A stretch of DNA of 64,000 bases from Podarcis cretensis (lineage: Eukaryota), in assembly GCA_951804945.1 (NCBI GenBank), contig OX638156.1:5518001-5582000 (forward strand), read 5' to 3'. The notes under the pieces are model-generated. The model was given only the letters and a program-made list of their open reading frames with translations, had not been told where the DNA came from and did no database searches. How positions within the stretch are numbered: the stretch's first letter is position 1; every line of letters starts with the position of its first letter. The translations under genes and the position numbers were made by a program. Positions 36,941-50,363 of this stretch are shown in pieces.

Positions 36941-38391
36941 ACTGTGACATGTAGCCAGTGATAAAACCTCTCCATGAATTTACCAAAGTATTATTTTAGC
37001 ACAAGGCAAACTGCAACAGTTCCAGCTGGAGCCGGGGAAATACCTAAAGGGAAGAATATTACTCCACTGTGCTTGAGAACCCTTAACACTGATTTCATCC
37101 AAGAAAGCAAAGGCCTACATTGCTCCGCATTCAGGTAATGAAGTAAGTAGATACCATGCAGGGCATGAAGTAAAGCACTCAGGGACAGAGACCTTGGTGG
37201 GAGCATAAAGTTCCTCAAACATTTTTCTTTTGGCTGTTCATGAAACAGAACAAAATGGTAAGGGATTTTAAATTAGTGCTGTACATGGCAACATGACACA
37301 AGGAGAAAGAATGGACATTGTTTAACCAAAAGAAAAAGATTAAAAGGAATCTTTCAAAAAGCTTTTAAATATTTAAAAGGACGTCAAAAAAGAAGAAAGA
37401 AAACACTTTCATATCATATTCATTGAAGAAGGCACCACAATGCGTTTTTAAACCTGCAGAGGTAGATTGGGACACTTTAGGCTACCTCCAAGACTTCAAA
37501 ATCTCCTTTCCACGTAACATGAAGTTGTTTTATACTGAGATCACTCATCCTATCTAGGCCAGTGATGTCTGTCTACCCTGACTGGAAGAAGCTCAGCTCT
37601 CTAAGATCTTAAGCAAAGGCATTTCTTCAGTCCTGCTACCAAAGATCCTTTCTAACTACAGGTAGCAAAGACTGAACCTGAGGTCTTATGCATATAAAGC
37701 ATGTACTCCACAAGTGAGCAAGCACCCTCTCCACAAATATGACTGGCCACCTTGAGTCACATGTGCCACAGAAACTTGAGATATGTGGCATCATCTAGGC
37801 AGGACCTGTGGCCTCCAAATTCTGTATCTTACCAATGGTCATGCTGGCTGAGGCTGATGGGCATTGTAGTCCAACAACACCCAGAGGGCTACAGCTCTTC
37901 ATTCCTGATGTAGCCACTCCTACTTGCCCTGAGGACATCGCAGGGCAGCTTGATTCTTGACGCAGCAGACTGAGAGCAGTGCTTCTCTAACCTTTTCAGC
38001 TTTAAAACTTATTTTGCCTTCTTGGTCCCTGGTACCCAGCCAAGTGTCTAGAGATCATTGCACACATTTATGTGCAAGCAGCTCTGCTGCAGTGTGCAAT
38101 TACATTTGGACAGAGGGACTAATACAACACCGGCATGAGAAAGGGATGTCAGAGAATATATCTGTGGCTCCTCCTAAAACTACACACAGGGAAATGAGAC
38201 AAAACAGCAAGTCTTCCTAAATCAGGTTGGGTCAGAGGGGCAAGCTGGGGGAGGGCTATCATCACACAAATCTAATGTGAATCAGAGACTACTTTGCAAG
38301 AGAATATTCAGGTTACTCCTGTCTAGGCTGGTGAGGAGAAGCAAGTTCCATCTACTTGGATTTTTTGCAAAAATCCACGAGGGCCCACCAC

Positions 38392-38671
38392 CAGAAGCGG
38401 AGCAAGGTGGGGGACGGATCGCCCCAGGTGTCATCCCTGAGGGGGGTGACATCACCGTGGAGGGCACCCCCCCAGGACGCTCCCCACCGCCAGGGCACCC
38501 CCCTGGGACGTGTACCGAAGCCGACGCCACAGCTAGCTCCAATTCTGCCTGTCCCTATGGGCGCCTCACGCTGCAGCCCATCCCTAGCCCCTATGGGCAC
38601 CGTGCGAAGCACCCCGACCCTATAGGCAACTCGCCCCGCCCCAGGTGCCCAAGAGGCTTCCTCCGCCACTG
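38392..38671. mobile_element. GC-rich hAT-type MITE
   Basis: Ends cagaagcggag...cctccgccactg; near-perfect 8-bp TSD cccaccac/cccacctc; internal ccctatgggc repeats. Confidence 0.65.
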
Positions 38672-38828
38672 CCCACCTCACTGCTTGACTCACAAGCAAA
38701 ACCCTACGTATCCCAGTGGGGCTGCATCTAAATTATAGTGTATGGCACCATCTTGGATTTTGTGACACACTTGCCAGGAAAGGCTGCTCCCCACTCCACT
38801 ACAGGTTTTCAGTTTGTCAGGAATCATC

Positions 38829-38920
38829 CAGTGGAGGTTGGATGGCTTGAGTTGAGATTCCTGCATTGCAGGAAGTTGGACAAGATGATCTTTGGTGTCC
38901 CTTCCAACTCTATGATTTAG
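38829..38920 (+). mobile_element. CR1 3' terminus
   Basis: gattcctgcattgcagg..ttggac.agatga....gtcccttccaactctatgatt. Confidence 0.8.
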
Positions 38921-39895
38921 ACATAGGACATCCTGCTTCGGAGTTCAGGAATGGCCCGGACTGTATCTGAGGTATAATTCAAACAAGCACAGGAAGGCCT
39001 CTAAGAATCCCCAGAGGAATTGCCTTTCCCTTAATACGAAATAACGCTTTTGAGATGCCTGGATTTTTTTTAAAAAAAGGTGAGTAGAGTTGGCATAATA
39101 ATCATATACAGCATTTTGAAATAAATGAGTTGAGGAAGATAAAGAGGAAGATCGAGGCCGTATACCCATTCCTGGAAATGCAAGACATCCCCGCCCCCGC
39201 TAATTCTCTGTTTGCCAAGGCAGAGCTCTGGCTTTTCTTATACTTGTTAAAGCTCCCTTGTGAGACAGCCCTTTGCAAGGCAGTGGTTGGCCCTCCACCA
39301 CTGCCTTCCCCCACCCCAACAGATTTCTCATGGATTCACTCCAAGCCAATCAAAACTTTGGCAGTCAAACCCATCTTGGTTCACACAGACCTATATCTTA
39401 CAGAGCTAGCAATTCCAAACAGCAGTCAAATCAGCTGCCACATCCTCTTCCTTCTTCACAAAGCCATTCCACTACATAATGGTCACTTATATGTCTCATG
39501 TTCACAGGAACAAAGGCAAGCTGTGTGAGGTACTTCGGCAGAAGATACTGCTGGTGCACAGCTAGCTCAGTCGGCCGTGTTTACAAACAGAGAAGTAGAT
39601 ACAACCATCAAAAGAAGTGGGCAATGGCAGCAGAAACTTCTCTCTCTTGTTAAATATATGTTTACTAATTTTTATGACTACCGCTGCAAGAAGTCAAAAG
39701 AATGTACAAATCAATAGAAGGAAAATAAAAAGGATAACTGTGGCGGAGCGAAGCATAGATGTTGTTTACATCATCTTCATATTCAATATTAAAAAATAAA
39801 TACAGAGCAATGGGTCAGAATTTACATCAAAATGAAGTGAATCAATAGCCATAAAAAGGAATCATCAGTTGGTTAGTGATGGGGACAGTCTGAAA

Positions 39896-40228
39896 CAGGG
39901 GGCAGCAAACTTTTTCATCAGGGAGCTGGTCCACTGTCCCTCAGACCTTGTTGGGGGGCCAGACTATATTTTTTTTGGGGGGGAGGGGGGGAAATGAACG
40001 AATTCCTATGCCCCACAAATAACCCAGAGATGCATTTTAAATAAAAGCATACATTCTACTCATGTAAAAACACCAGGCAGGCCCCACAAATAACCCAGAT
40101 ATGCATTTTAAATATAAGCACACATTCTACTCATGTAAAAACACGCTGATTCCTGGACTGCCCACGGGCCGGATTTAGAAGGTAATTGGGCCAGATGTGG
40201 CCCCCGGGCCTTAGTTTGCCTACCCATG
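39896..40228. mobile_element. hAT MITE, OposCharlie1 (OC1)-like
   Basis: 8-bp TSD gtctgaaa; left end caggggg..caaactttt...ccactgtccctcagacc..ggggggccagactata; internal duplication of about 70 bp. Confidence 0.8.
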
Positions 40229-40587
40229 GTCTGAAACATGTCTAGGCTAGGCCAGGAAAACCCATCAGTGGGGAGGCAAGTGCCCCCTCCATAGCGATGC
40301 ATGAATCATTAGAGGTTTGTGCACTACACTATTGTATGTTAAATAATGGAAACCATATTTATGTCAAAACACTCTCGTTTAGCCATACCTTGGACAAATG
40401 TGCAGTGGCAGGTGAGTTGTTCAAAAAATGGAGTTTCTGTGCAATGCTCACCTACAAACACAAGACTAGCTGTCTGTAAGAGATAGTTCATTGGGACCTG
40501 GATGACATATTTGTATTACACAGATACCTATCCATGTATATAGAGCCATAGGTTAATGCTTCTTAGCTATGAGTTCTGAAATACCTG

Positions 40588-40802
40588 TTCCCTCCCTTGC
40601 AGGCCTTTTCCCGCCTGGCCTGGGAGGGCAGGGCCCTGACTGACTCCAGCTACAAAAGCAGAGGCTGCTGAAGAGGCCAGAGGCCAGCTTGGCTGTGAGT
40701 CCTGGGAGACATGCTCCCTGCCTTGTAGGCCTTTTCCCTACCTGGCCTGGGAGGGTGGGACCCAGACTGATGGCAACTACAAAAGCTGAGTCTACTGAAC
40801 AG
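40588..40802. repeat. Diverged direct repeat, period about 126 bp
   Basis: ccttg.aggccttttccc..cctggcctgggaggg...gactga....ctacaaaagc occurs twice. Confidence 0.75.
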
Positions 40803-41221
40803 AATCTTTGGCTGGGGTATTGTAGGGGAGGGAGTTGATGGGGGGTGCTGTTTTTGCTTGGTAAAATGAAATGGCTATTAGAGAGCTTTGCCTGTGGTAC
40901 TAGAACTGTGATGGCCCATTCATGCAGGCAAGCACCATGGTGCTGCAGTTATCATATGATGAACATGCACGTATGAATTAGTTGCTTATCACCTAAACCC
41001 AGTAACTGTCAAAGTAAACAGCATGATGGGGCTTGTGGGCTGGCCTCTGAGACGATATAATGGACTTTCTTGAAAAACCTTTTAATCAGTTAGTGGCAAT
41101 GTTCATTATGGAGCTGCTGATTGAAATGTAGCTATAATCCAGGACAGTGTTTCATGGGAACTGGCAAGATTGCTGTTCTCTTGCTCTGTTTGAAAGAATC
41201 ATCATGTTATGCATGAAACTA

Positions 41222-41566
41222 CAGTGGTGCCCCGCAAGACGAACGCCTCGCAAGACGGAAAACTCGCTAGACGAAAGAGTTTTCCGTTTTGGAGGCGCTT
41301 CGCAAAACGAATTTCCCTATGGGCTTGCTTCGCAAGACGAAAATGTCTTGCGAGTTCCTGCGGGTTTCCCCCCCTTTTCCTAAGCCGTTAAGCTGCTTAT
41401 CAGCTGATCCGCTGATAAGCCACTTAACAGCTGATCGCTAAAAGCCGCTAAATCGCTAATAGCGCTAATCCGCTAAGCTGTCAATGGGCTTGCTTCGCAA
41501 GACGAAAAAACCGCTATACGAAGAGCCTCACGGAACGGATTAATTTCGTCTTGCAAGGCACCACTG
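41222..41566 (+). mobile_element. Tc1/mariner (pogo/Tigger-like) MITE, copy 4
   Basis: TA TSD, same TIRs. Confidence 0.9.
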
Positions 41567-43152
41567 TAGCTCATAAAAAAGACCTCTTCACGACACGACA
41601 AGACTCAAGGAGCAGATCTGCAGCTCATGAGTCTTCTCTCAGAGCTAGTTTTGTGCACTGTAATTTTAAAAGTATGTTTGTGCTCATTTTCCTGTCAAAA
41701 TACATGCAGAGTCAACTGCTGCCTTAAAATGTAATATGAAAAGCAATCACAACAGGGAACTGTTTTAGAAAGACTACAGCAGCTTGGGACTGACATCTGG
41801 GAGGTTCTGCAGAAGAGAGTCCCTCACTTATTTGAGGTGTTCCTAACAAGGCTAGATGACAGCACACTCAATATTCCATGCTGCTTTATATTGAAACTCT
41901 TCTGCAATATTGTGTGCCAACACTTCTTCAATGCTGGCCCATGTACTTTAGCAAGAGCTTCTACATTCCTGAAACAAGCCAACTGTACCTGCGGCTATAT
42001 CAGAGCCAGATTACATTAGGCCAAAATGTTTAAGCCTTCAATAACTCAAGAGTGGGGAAAGCATTAATAATTACTACCAGAGAAAGGAAGTTGGCTCTTG
42101 CTGGCTTAGCTGCTCTCTGCCAAATAGTTCCTTTCAAACCCAGTTCCCACAGAAAGCTCTGGGAGTAGAGTCTGTGGTTTAATTGGCAGCACATCCTCTG
42201 CCTTATTTGAGTAAGTTAGGTTATTTTCAGGTAAGACATGGCACAGTCTACCTTTTCCATCCAGAGTTATGTTTCTTTGTCCACTGTTGCTTACTTTCTC
42301 CCATCCTTACAAAAGTGTGCTGATTTGGCTTATTGCAAACTAACTTTACTGCAATTTTTGCATCATTTGCAACACCCTCCTTTCTATATTCCTGAGTTAC
42401 TGGGGTGGGGAGCTTTGATCATTGGAAGTTGAAGAGGCAATGTGCTCATATTTCTTGCACTGCATAAGATAGAATTGGAATTCTTTAAAAAGGTACAATT
42501 TTCCCGAAGAACCGGAAAGTGAATTTCATAATAGGGCCCTAGTAATAGCAGATGCCTCCTTACGTTACTGTGATATAGTCCACTTCACATTAATTCCTAT
42601 GGGAAATGGGGGGGGGCAGAGGTGGAGACAGAAACATTGTTTTCTTACTGAGAAAACACCATTCACACCACTGCAGGCCAGGAAATTATTCATATAATGT
42701 TCAAGGCTGGAAAGATGTTTCAGTGTCCAGGAACAGATTTCTAGACACAAAAGTGACTTCATATGGGGACATTATCCAAATACCACTCTCACTTAAAATT
42801 ATTTGCAAACCTAAGACCAAGACAGTTTGGTACCTGAGGCAAACCACAAAATGATGCCCCCCCCCCGCCAACCAGGGATGGGGCAACTGAAGATCCACAT
42901 CAGGAACAAGTGGGGAATAAAGATCTACATTGGGCACAAGAGTGGAAGGAGAGTAGCAGTGCCTCCTATTTTCTGAGAGGCCACTACAGAGGTGGCATTT
43001 GGAGCAGCCGCTGGGGAGGCAATGCATTCCTTGGAGGCCAGATCCGCTGCCCCTGTGGATCCTGCTGCCTGAGGCACTTGCCTCATAAGTGGGCCGGCGC
43101 TGCATGAGACTGCATGAAAGACATAGAAATAATGGCTGCTATTGCTATATTA

Positions 43153-43510
43153 GGGGCGTGGGTGGCGCTGTGGGTTAAACCACAGAGCCTAGGACTTGCT
43201 GATCAGAAGGTCGGCGGTTCGAATCCCCGCGACAGGGTGAGCTCCCGTTGCTCGGTCCCTGCTCCTGCAAACCTAGCAGTTCGAAAGCACCTCAAAGTGC
43301 AAGTAGATAAATAGGTCCCGCTCCGGCAGGAAGGTAAACGGCGTTTCCGTCCGCTGCTCTGGTTCACCAGAAGCGGCTTAGTCATGCTGGCCACATGACT
43401 CGGAAGCTGTACGCCGGCTCCCTCGGCCAGTAAAGCGAGATGAGCGCCGCAACCCCAGAGTCGGCCACGACTGGACCTAATGGTCAGGGGTCCCTTTACC
43501 CTTTTACCTT
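43153..43510 (+). mobile_element. Sauria SINE
   Basis: Full length; imperfect TSD tattgc(t/c)atatta. Confidence 0.93.
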
Positions 43511-44169
43511 TATTGCCATATTAACCAAGTCTTGAGTTTCAAACACACCAGTTTGCTCACCCATTTCTATGTCCCAGGGTGCATTCTCAGGTCATGGAGA
43601 ATGACAGTGAAGTCAAGTGGCCCTGACCAGTGCTCCATGTGAATTAAAACATGCACCCAGAAGTCCCTGCAACACACACATTCTATGATATTGGGCAGAC
43701 CAGCAGGAATTCCAACAAGTTGACGTGGAAAAAATTACTGCAAAGCAGAAATGTTTGGTAGGAAATCAGGATTGCATTTTCCTGCCCTAAAGCCAATATG
43801 CTGGATTATATTTATTAAATATGATTCTATATTGCCCAAAGTTCTGGGGAAAGTTTACAAAATAAAGATTAAAATAATAAAACTGTAAAAAATATATTAA
43901 AAACCATATGATCTAAAAATGAATTAAAACAGCCACAAAGTAAAACAAGAATAAAACCAACACTAGAAGACAAAACAGTGCAAAGAGCACTAACACATTT
44001 TTTAAAACTTAAAAGCCTCAACTCTGTGCTTGGAGGCAGAAACAGACTGGATAAGGGAGACGGCCCTTCCTGTTAACCCACCAACGGGTTGACACATTGG
44101 AAGGTAGAATGGGATACAGCATTCTCTGTGGTGGCACCCCAGCTATGGAATGACCTCTCCCTACAAGTA

Positions 44170-44662
44170 TCATCTTCTTCCTTTGGCGATCACTTGTAGC
44201 CAAGTAAGGTTGTCTTCAATGAACGCGGTCTTAATGGTGTGTCCATAGGTGACTGTGGAGGCCAATTCTGGATTCACACGTCCTTCCACAGTGAGGACAT
44301 AGGATTCCAGGTGGGAGTTGATCATGGTGAGGGGTTTGCCAAACTGTGCCTTCCTCTTAGCATGTTTCTTCCCTTTCGTCCTGAGTTCAAGCATCTTCAA
44401 AGTCCACGACACCTTTGGTAAAGGCTGTTCTCCAATTGGAGCACTCACAGGCCAGTGTTTCCCAGTTGTCGGTGTTTATACTACATTTTTTTAGATTTGC
44501 CTTGAGAGAATCTTTAAACCTCTTTTGTTGACCACCAGCATTACACTTTCCATTTTTAAGTTCGGAATAGAGTAGTTGCTTTGGCAGACGATAATCAGGC
44601 ATCTGAACAACATGACCAGTCAAACGAAGTTGATGTTGAAAAATTATTGCTTCAACACTGTC
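44170..44662 (-). mobile_element. RTE-clade LINE 3' fragment
   Basis: QLRLTGHVVQMPDYRLPKQLLYSELKNG...GGQQKRFKDSLK, plus a frameshifted C-terminal CPHCGRTCESRIGLHSHLWTH motif. Confidence 0.85.
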
Positions 44663-47390
44663 CCCTAGAAGGTTGAAAACCATTTTTGGATTCAGGAAGG
44701 GTAGCCTTGGATGTAGTTAGGAGACGGTTTCCTACAAGTATACTAGGTGCTAACACTATGGACATTTCCCATCTATATGCCCAGGCAGTTATGGAATACT
44801 GGTCCTGTCAAAATTTTAAAAATTAAAAATCTACTCCCCCCCTCCCCCGCAATGTGGATATATTACTGTTACTTTGAATTCTTTAACCTGCCTTGATATG
44901 TTTGGGTGGGTTAAAAATGCTCTGAAATAAATACTCCAAATTTGTAAACCTCATGGCTGTGAAGTTTCTGCCCTGAGCTCAAAAATCAGACATAGTCTAC
45001 AGCAGTGTTCTCATACTCTCTCTATGCCTACCCACAAGTCCACAAGTCCATTTGCCAAATACTCAGTGGTAGCCACCTCTGTCCTTCTGGCAATTGCCTC
45101 TGCCATGGATGTCCTATGAACTGCAGGGAATTTAGAGAGATTTTTCACTGTGTCAGGTGGAAGGTGTTCCTCTCCCCCAAGGCTTCTGATCCAGAGAACT
45201 CCATTGAGGGGCTGAAATCAAGCTCATACTTCATATTATCTCTCTGGAGATTTAGAAGCAGCTACCAGTAAAAAAGGAAGAGAACAACTCCTTTTTTCCT
45301 CTCTCCAGAGCCCTCTCCCCATGCTCAAGAAATTACATGGAAGAGAAATGGAGGCAACCAATATTAAGGCTAGTTAGTAAGCTAGCCAAATTTGAGGACC
45401 CTTGACTCCAGTAAGCCATCTGTGTTATGCAAGAAGAACTATTTCAGACAAACACATAACTATGCAACCTTGTAAATACTGTGGGAGCTGCGTGCATGCA
45501 TACTTGTGTCTGTACATGCGGCATTTGAAAACCCTTTGATCCTTCTTACATTCTGCAACTGAGATTCATTTCTATAAGGCTTATCCCTGCTAAGTGGTTT
45601 TTCAGACTGAGCATGCATTCTCTCTATGAGTAAAAATCTCAGTTCTGTCTGTCCAACACTTATACAAATACAGGTACTGGGGAAAAGAGAACAAGTTGAA
45701 GGCAGGGAGGAAGACTATTTCTTTACAGCCGTAGAGAAGCAGCACAGGCTTTTTTCAAGCTCTCATCTTCAATGATCACACGAAACCAAGCACAAATGTA
45801 AAACTGAGGGAAGGCAATAAAGCTTCACAGATGGCAACCCATTTATTACAACAGCAAAACTGCAGAAAATATCTACAAAGAGGCAAAAGAACCAGCTATG
45901 ATGTGATGATATCTTCCTGGAGGATTGCCTTCTCATTTACAGAAGTACAGTCCACCCAAAAAAAAAAAAAAAAAAAAAAAAAAATTCAGACCACCACCCG
46001 GTTTACACTTTCATCCACCTACCAAGGGTTTTATTCTTACAGCTCTTCTGCAGGGGCTGCTGAACAATGAATGGTGCCTGAGGCAAAAAAGGCTTCCCCA
46101 TTATGAAAACCAGCATCTGGTATTGTGTGCCAACACATGGTGTGTGTCGCTCTTGTTCCCCCTCCTCCGCCCTCCCCAGCTTGGCTGGGATTCATGTCCT
46201 GACCAATGGCACTAGGCCTGAATCACCGCAGACCTCTAAAGCAGCAAGACTGCCTGCCGAGCTGCAGCAGGGGGTGAGGGAGGGCCTGAAATGCCACTAT
46301 AACCACAAAGGATTGTTGCAGAGGGGGGTCTTTGGCTACAGAAGGGATGGATACAACAGGCTATTGATGGCCATTCCGAGAAAGAGAAATGCATTGAGAC
46401 TGGACAGCATCACGGGAGTGCCCAGCTGTTTATAGAAGGAAATTCGGTGCATGTTCAAGTGTAAAATTTAGACAGATTGCCTCAAATCATGTAACGAAGA
46501 GACATAAAACTTGAGAGGTGATTGTTTTTATTTGACTAGTTTCTTGCTGCCAGAATATTAAGGTTTTCAAGTTACACTTTCATCAGGGGCAGAATGAAAC
46601 GGAGGCTAGATCTTAGGTATGGTATAAATACAAAGCAAACATTTTATTCCTTTCAGAAACTGGACCCATCACAAAATGTTTAGTGCATCGAAAATCCGTG
46701 TGCAAGAGTGGCATGGATATTTAACATATAGGAATAGCTTTTAAAGTTGTCAACACAGATTTCAATCATGGGCCAGATTCAATAATGCAAAGGGGTGGCT
46801 CCTTATAATGATGTTTTTCCATCTCTTATTCTCTCAGACCAACACAGAACACAGTAGCATCTGCCCCTATTGAATCAGGTATGCATAAGGTCAGGCTTTA
46901 TTAAAAAAAATATTTACTGTCTATACTTTTCAACGAAATAAAGAAGGCAGTATCCAACCAATATTATAAAATGATATAACTGTCCTGATATACCCTGAAC
47001 AGGCAGAATGCTGAGCAGCTGGTGAGAGCATGCTTCTTCTACTTGGGATAAGGTTTATTTGTTTGTTTCTCATTGTTCAAATTTCTAGCCTCTAACTGCA
47101 TGAAATGTAGGATTGGTGAGAGCACTTAATGCTATAGCTTGAGAAGGTTTCTTCTAGTTCTCCTGTTAAGGTATTGCCATTTCATAGTATTTTAACTGGT
47201 GACTGATTGACATCATTTCATTGTACTTTACTGTATATTTTGATGTATTAATGTGCTGTTCACCGCTTTGGGGGCCTTGGGGCAGAAAACAGATATAGAA
47301 ACCACCATCACAGTAAATAAATAATCCAACAGCAACAGCACCCCACCCCAAGCTACACAGCACCAAATAACAAAGAAATGAAGACTAGTA

Positions 47391-47762
47391 AGGGACGCAG
47401 GTGGCGCTGTGGGTTAAAGCCTCAGCGCCTAGGGCTTGCCGATCGAAAGGTCGGCGGTTCGAATCCCTGCGGCGGGGTGCGCTCCCGCTGCTCGGTCCCA
47501 GCACCTGCCAACCTAGCAGTTCGAAAGCACCTCCGGGTGCAAGTAGATAAATAGGGACCGCTTACCAGCGGGAAGGTAAACGGCGTTTCCGTGTGCGGCT
47601 CTGGCTCTGGCTCTGGCCAGAGCAGCGATGTCACGCTGGCCACGTGACCCGGAAGTGTCTCCGGACAGCGCTGGCCCCTGGCCTCTTAAGTGAGATGGGC
47701 GCACAACCCCAGAGTCTGTCAAGACTGGCCCGTACGGGCAGGGGTACCTTTACCTTTACTTT
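47391..47762 (+). mobile_element. Sauria SINE (distinct subfamily 3' half)
   Basis: gggacgcaggtggcgctg...; variant 3' region aagtgtctccggacagcgctggccc. Confidence 0.9.
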
Positions 47763-48261
47763 AAGCCATACCACAAAACAGACTTTCAAAGAAGTGTCTT
47801 AACCCATTATCTGAACATGCCCAATAGAATGGGTCGCTGAATCTTTCAGGGCAGTTTGATCTGTTATCTGAATACCTCTTAATTAAAAGACACAGTTCTG
47901 GGCCTTTGCACCTCACTGGTGGAGGGAACATGCAATAAGGTCTCTTCTGATGACAGCAGTGTTACTCTGGCAAGATCTCATACCAAGTAGTCAATGCCTG
48001 TTACTATTGTATTGTTTTCTTTGCCAACAGATGAGTGAACCATCATGTATCGTGGACTTGTCCTTTTTATTTTCAACCCTACCAGCATTTGATAATGTTA
48101 TTATTAATAGTTCTGGTTCTGGATCCAAACCCATGTGTACCAACTAACATTGGTTAGGCTTTGTGATTTTGCTGCAACATCATAGCACCAGTCCTTATTA
48201 TGATACCTATTATAAACCTGACACTCACTACAAATAACGTAAAAGAAAAATAAATAAAAGA

Positions 48262-49110
48262 AGGCGGCCAACAGATTGAGGTTGAATCCTGACAAGGCAG
48301 AAGTACTGTTTTTGGGGGACAGGGGGTGGGCAGGTGTGGGGGACTCCCGGGTCCTGAATGGGGTAACTGTGCCCCTGAAGGACCAGATGTGCAGCCTGGG
48401 AGTCATTTTGGACTCACAGCTGTCCATGGAGGCGCAGGTCAATTCTGTATCCAGGGCAGCTGTTTACCAGCTCCATCTGATGCGCAGGCTGAGACCCTAC
48501 CTGCCCACAGACTGTCTGGCCAGAGTGGTGCATGCTCTAGTTATCTCCCACTTGGACTACTGCAATGCGCTCTACGTGGGGCTACCTTTGAAGGTGACCC
48601 GGAAACTACAACTAATCCAGAATGTGGCAGCTAGACTGGTAGCGGCTGCCGAGACCATATAACACCAGTCCTGAAAGACCTACATTGGCTCCCATTATGT
48701 TTCCGAGCACAATTCAAAGTGTTGGTGCTGACCTTTAAAGCCCTAAACAGCCTCAAAGGCCCAGTATACCTGAAGGAGCATCTCCACCCCCATTGTTCAG
48801 CCAGGACACTGAGGTCCAGCACCGAAGGCCTTTTGGCAGTTCCCTCACTGAGAGAAGCGAAGTTACAGGGAACAAGGCAGAGGGCCTTCTCGGTGGTGGT
48901 GCCCACCCTGTGGAATGCCCCCCCCCATCAGATGTCAAGGAAATAAACAACTATCTGACTTTTAGAAGACATCTGAAGGCAGCCCTGTTTGGGGAAGTTT
49001 TTAATATTTGATTCTATTTTTAATATTCTGTTGGAAGCCGCTCAGAGTGGCTGGGGAAACACAGCCAGATGAGCAGCGTATAAATAATAAATTGTTGCTG
49101 TTGTTGTTGT
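48262..49110 (+). mobile_element. L2 LINE 3' fragment (RT C-terminus, frameshifted)
   Basis: LRLNPDKAEVL...LGVILDSQLS...LVISHLDYCNALYVGLP...LQLIQNVAARL...AFSVVVPTLWN...FRRHLKAALF, with a microsatellite tail. Confidence 0.9.
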
Positions 49111-49699
49111 TGGTTTCATGGGAATGATTTTTGGACTAGGGAAAGGTTAAAGCTTTGTTCATTTTTGTTTGTTAATTAATTAATTAGTGTGTCTGAGAAT
49201 GCTTTATTATTTGAGTATGTGTTTTTAATGGGTGTTATATGAAATGTTAATGTATTATATGATTCCCTCCACTCCCCCCATGTAATATGCATTGTATATC
49301 TTTTTATTTGTGTAAGTTGCTTGAAGACCTTTGTGAGACAATCAACTAAAAAGTCTAATAAAAAATGGAAAATATTTTTATTGTTTTGTAAACTTCTTTA
49401 AGGTTTTCTTACAAGCAAGCAGAATACAAATTTTGCGGGGGGAAAAAAATCAGCATAGCATAGCAGACTTCAGCAGGGTTTCCCAAGGTGGTTCAAATTT
49501 ATCCCTTGAGGTTGATTGGACTGTGCTGGGAGGTGGGGAATAAAGATCATGGGGTTGAAAATGGTCTCGAATGGAAAAGAAGTTTACAAGGTATTGTGCA
49601 AAAAAAGAAAAAGAAAAGAAAAAAGGAACTATGAGCCTCAGAAATAACGGGCATTGGCATATGCAAAGTGTATCTCCCTTGCCAATTAGGAAGCTCTTA

Positions 49700-50009
49700 C
49701 AGTGGTGCCTCGCAAGACGAAAAGAATCCGTTCCGCGAGTCTCTTCGTCTAGCGGTTTTTTCGTCTTGCGAAGCAAGCCCATTGACGGCTTATCGGCTTA
49801 GCGCTATTAGCGGCTTAGCGGATAAGCAGATAAGCGGCTTAGAAAAAGGGGGGGAAAGGAAAAAAACCCCGCAGGAACTCGCAAAACATTTTCGTCTTGC
49901 GAAGCAAGCCCATAGGAAATTCGTTTTGCGAAGCACCTCCAAAACGGAAAACTCTTTCGTCTAGCGAGTTCTCCGTCTTGCGAGGCATTCGTCTTGCGGG
50001 GCACCACTG
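49700..50009 (-). mobile_element. Tc1/mariner (pogo/Tigger-like) MITE, copy 5
   Basis: TA TSD, same TIRs. Confidence 0.9.
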
Positions 50010-50137
50010 TATTTAGTAAGATGGTTCTACAATACAACAGTATTCCCAGACCATGCTGTTTTATTGTTTTGCTCCCTTTTTTATGTTTTATGACTCCTAG
50101 TAAAGGTGACTAACGATCAATGAACGTTGATTATATA

Positions 50138-50363
50138 CAGTGGTACCTGGGGTTACATATGCTTCAGGTTACAGACTCCGCTAACCCAGAAATATTAGCT
50201 CAGGTTAAGAACTTTGCTTCAGGATGAGAACAGAAATCGTGCTCCGGTGGCACGGTGGCAGCAGGAGGCCCCATGAGCTAAAGTGGTGCTTCAGGTTAAG
50301 AACAGTTTCAGGTTAAGAACGGACCTCCAGAATGAATTAAGTACTTAACCCAAGGTACCACTG
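50138..50363. mobile_element. Tigger-like MITE, second family
   Basis: TA-CAGTGGTACCT...AGGTACCACTG-TA with internal caggttaagaac repeats. Confidence 0.85.

Noticed and set aside
38277-38738. GC/CpG-rich patch with several ORFs, a possible CpG-island promoter (similarly 58160-58588)
   Set aside because: Bounded by TIR-like ends (and a TSD at 38392-38671); explained as MITEs
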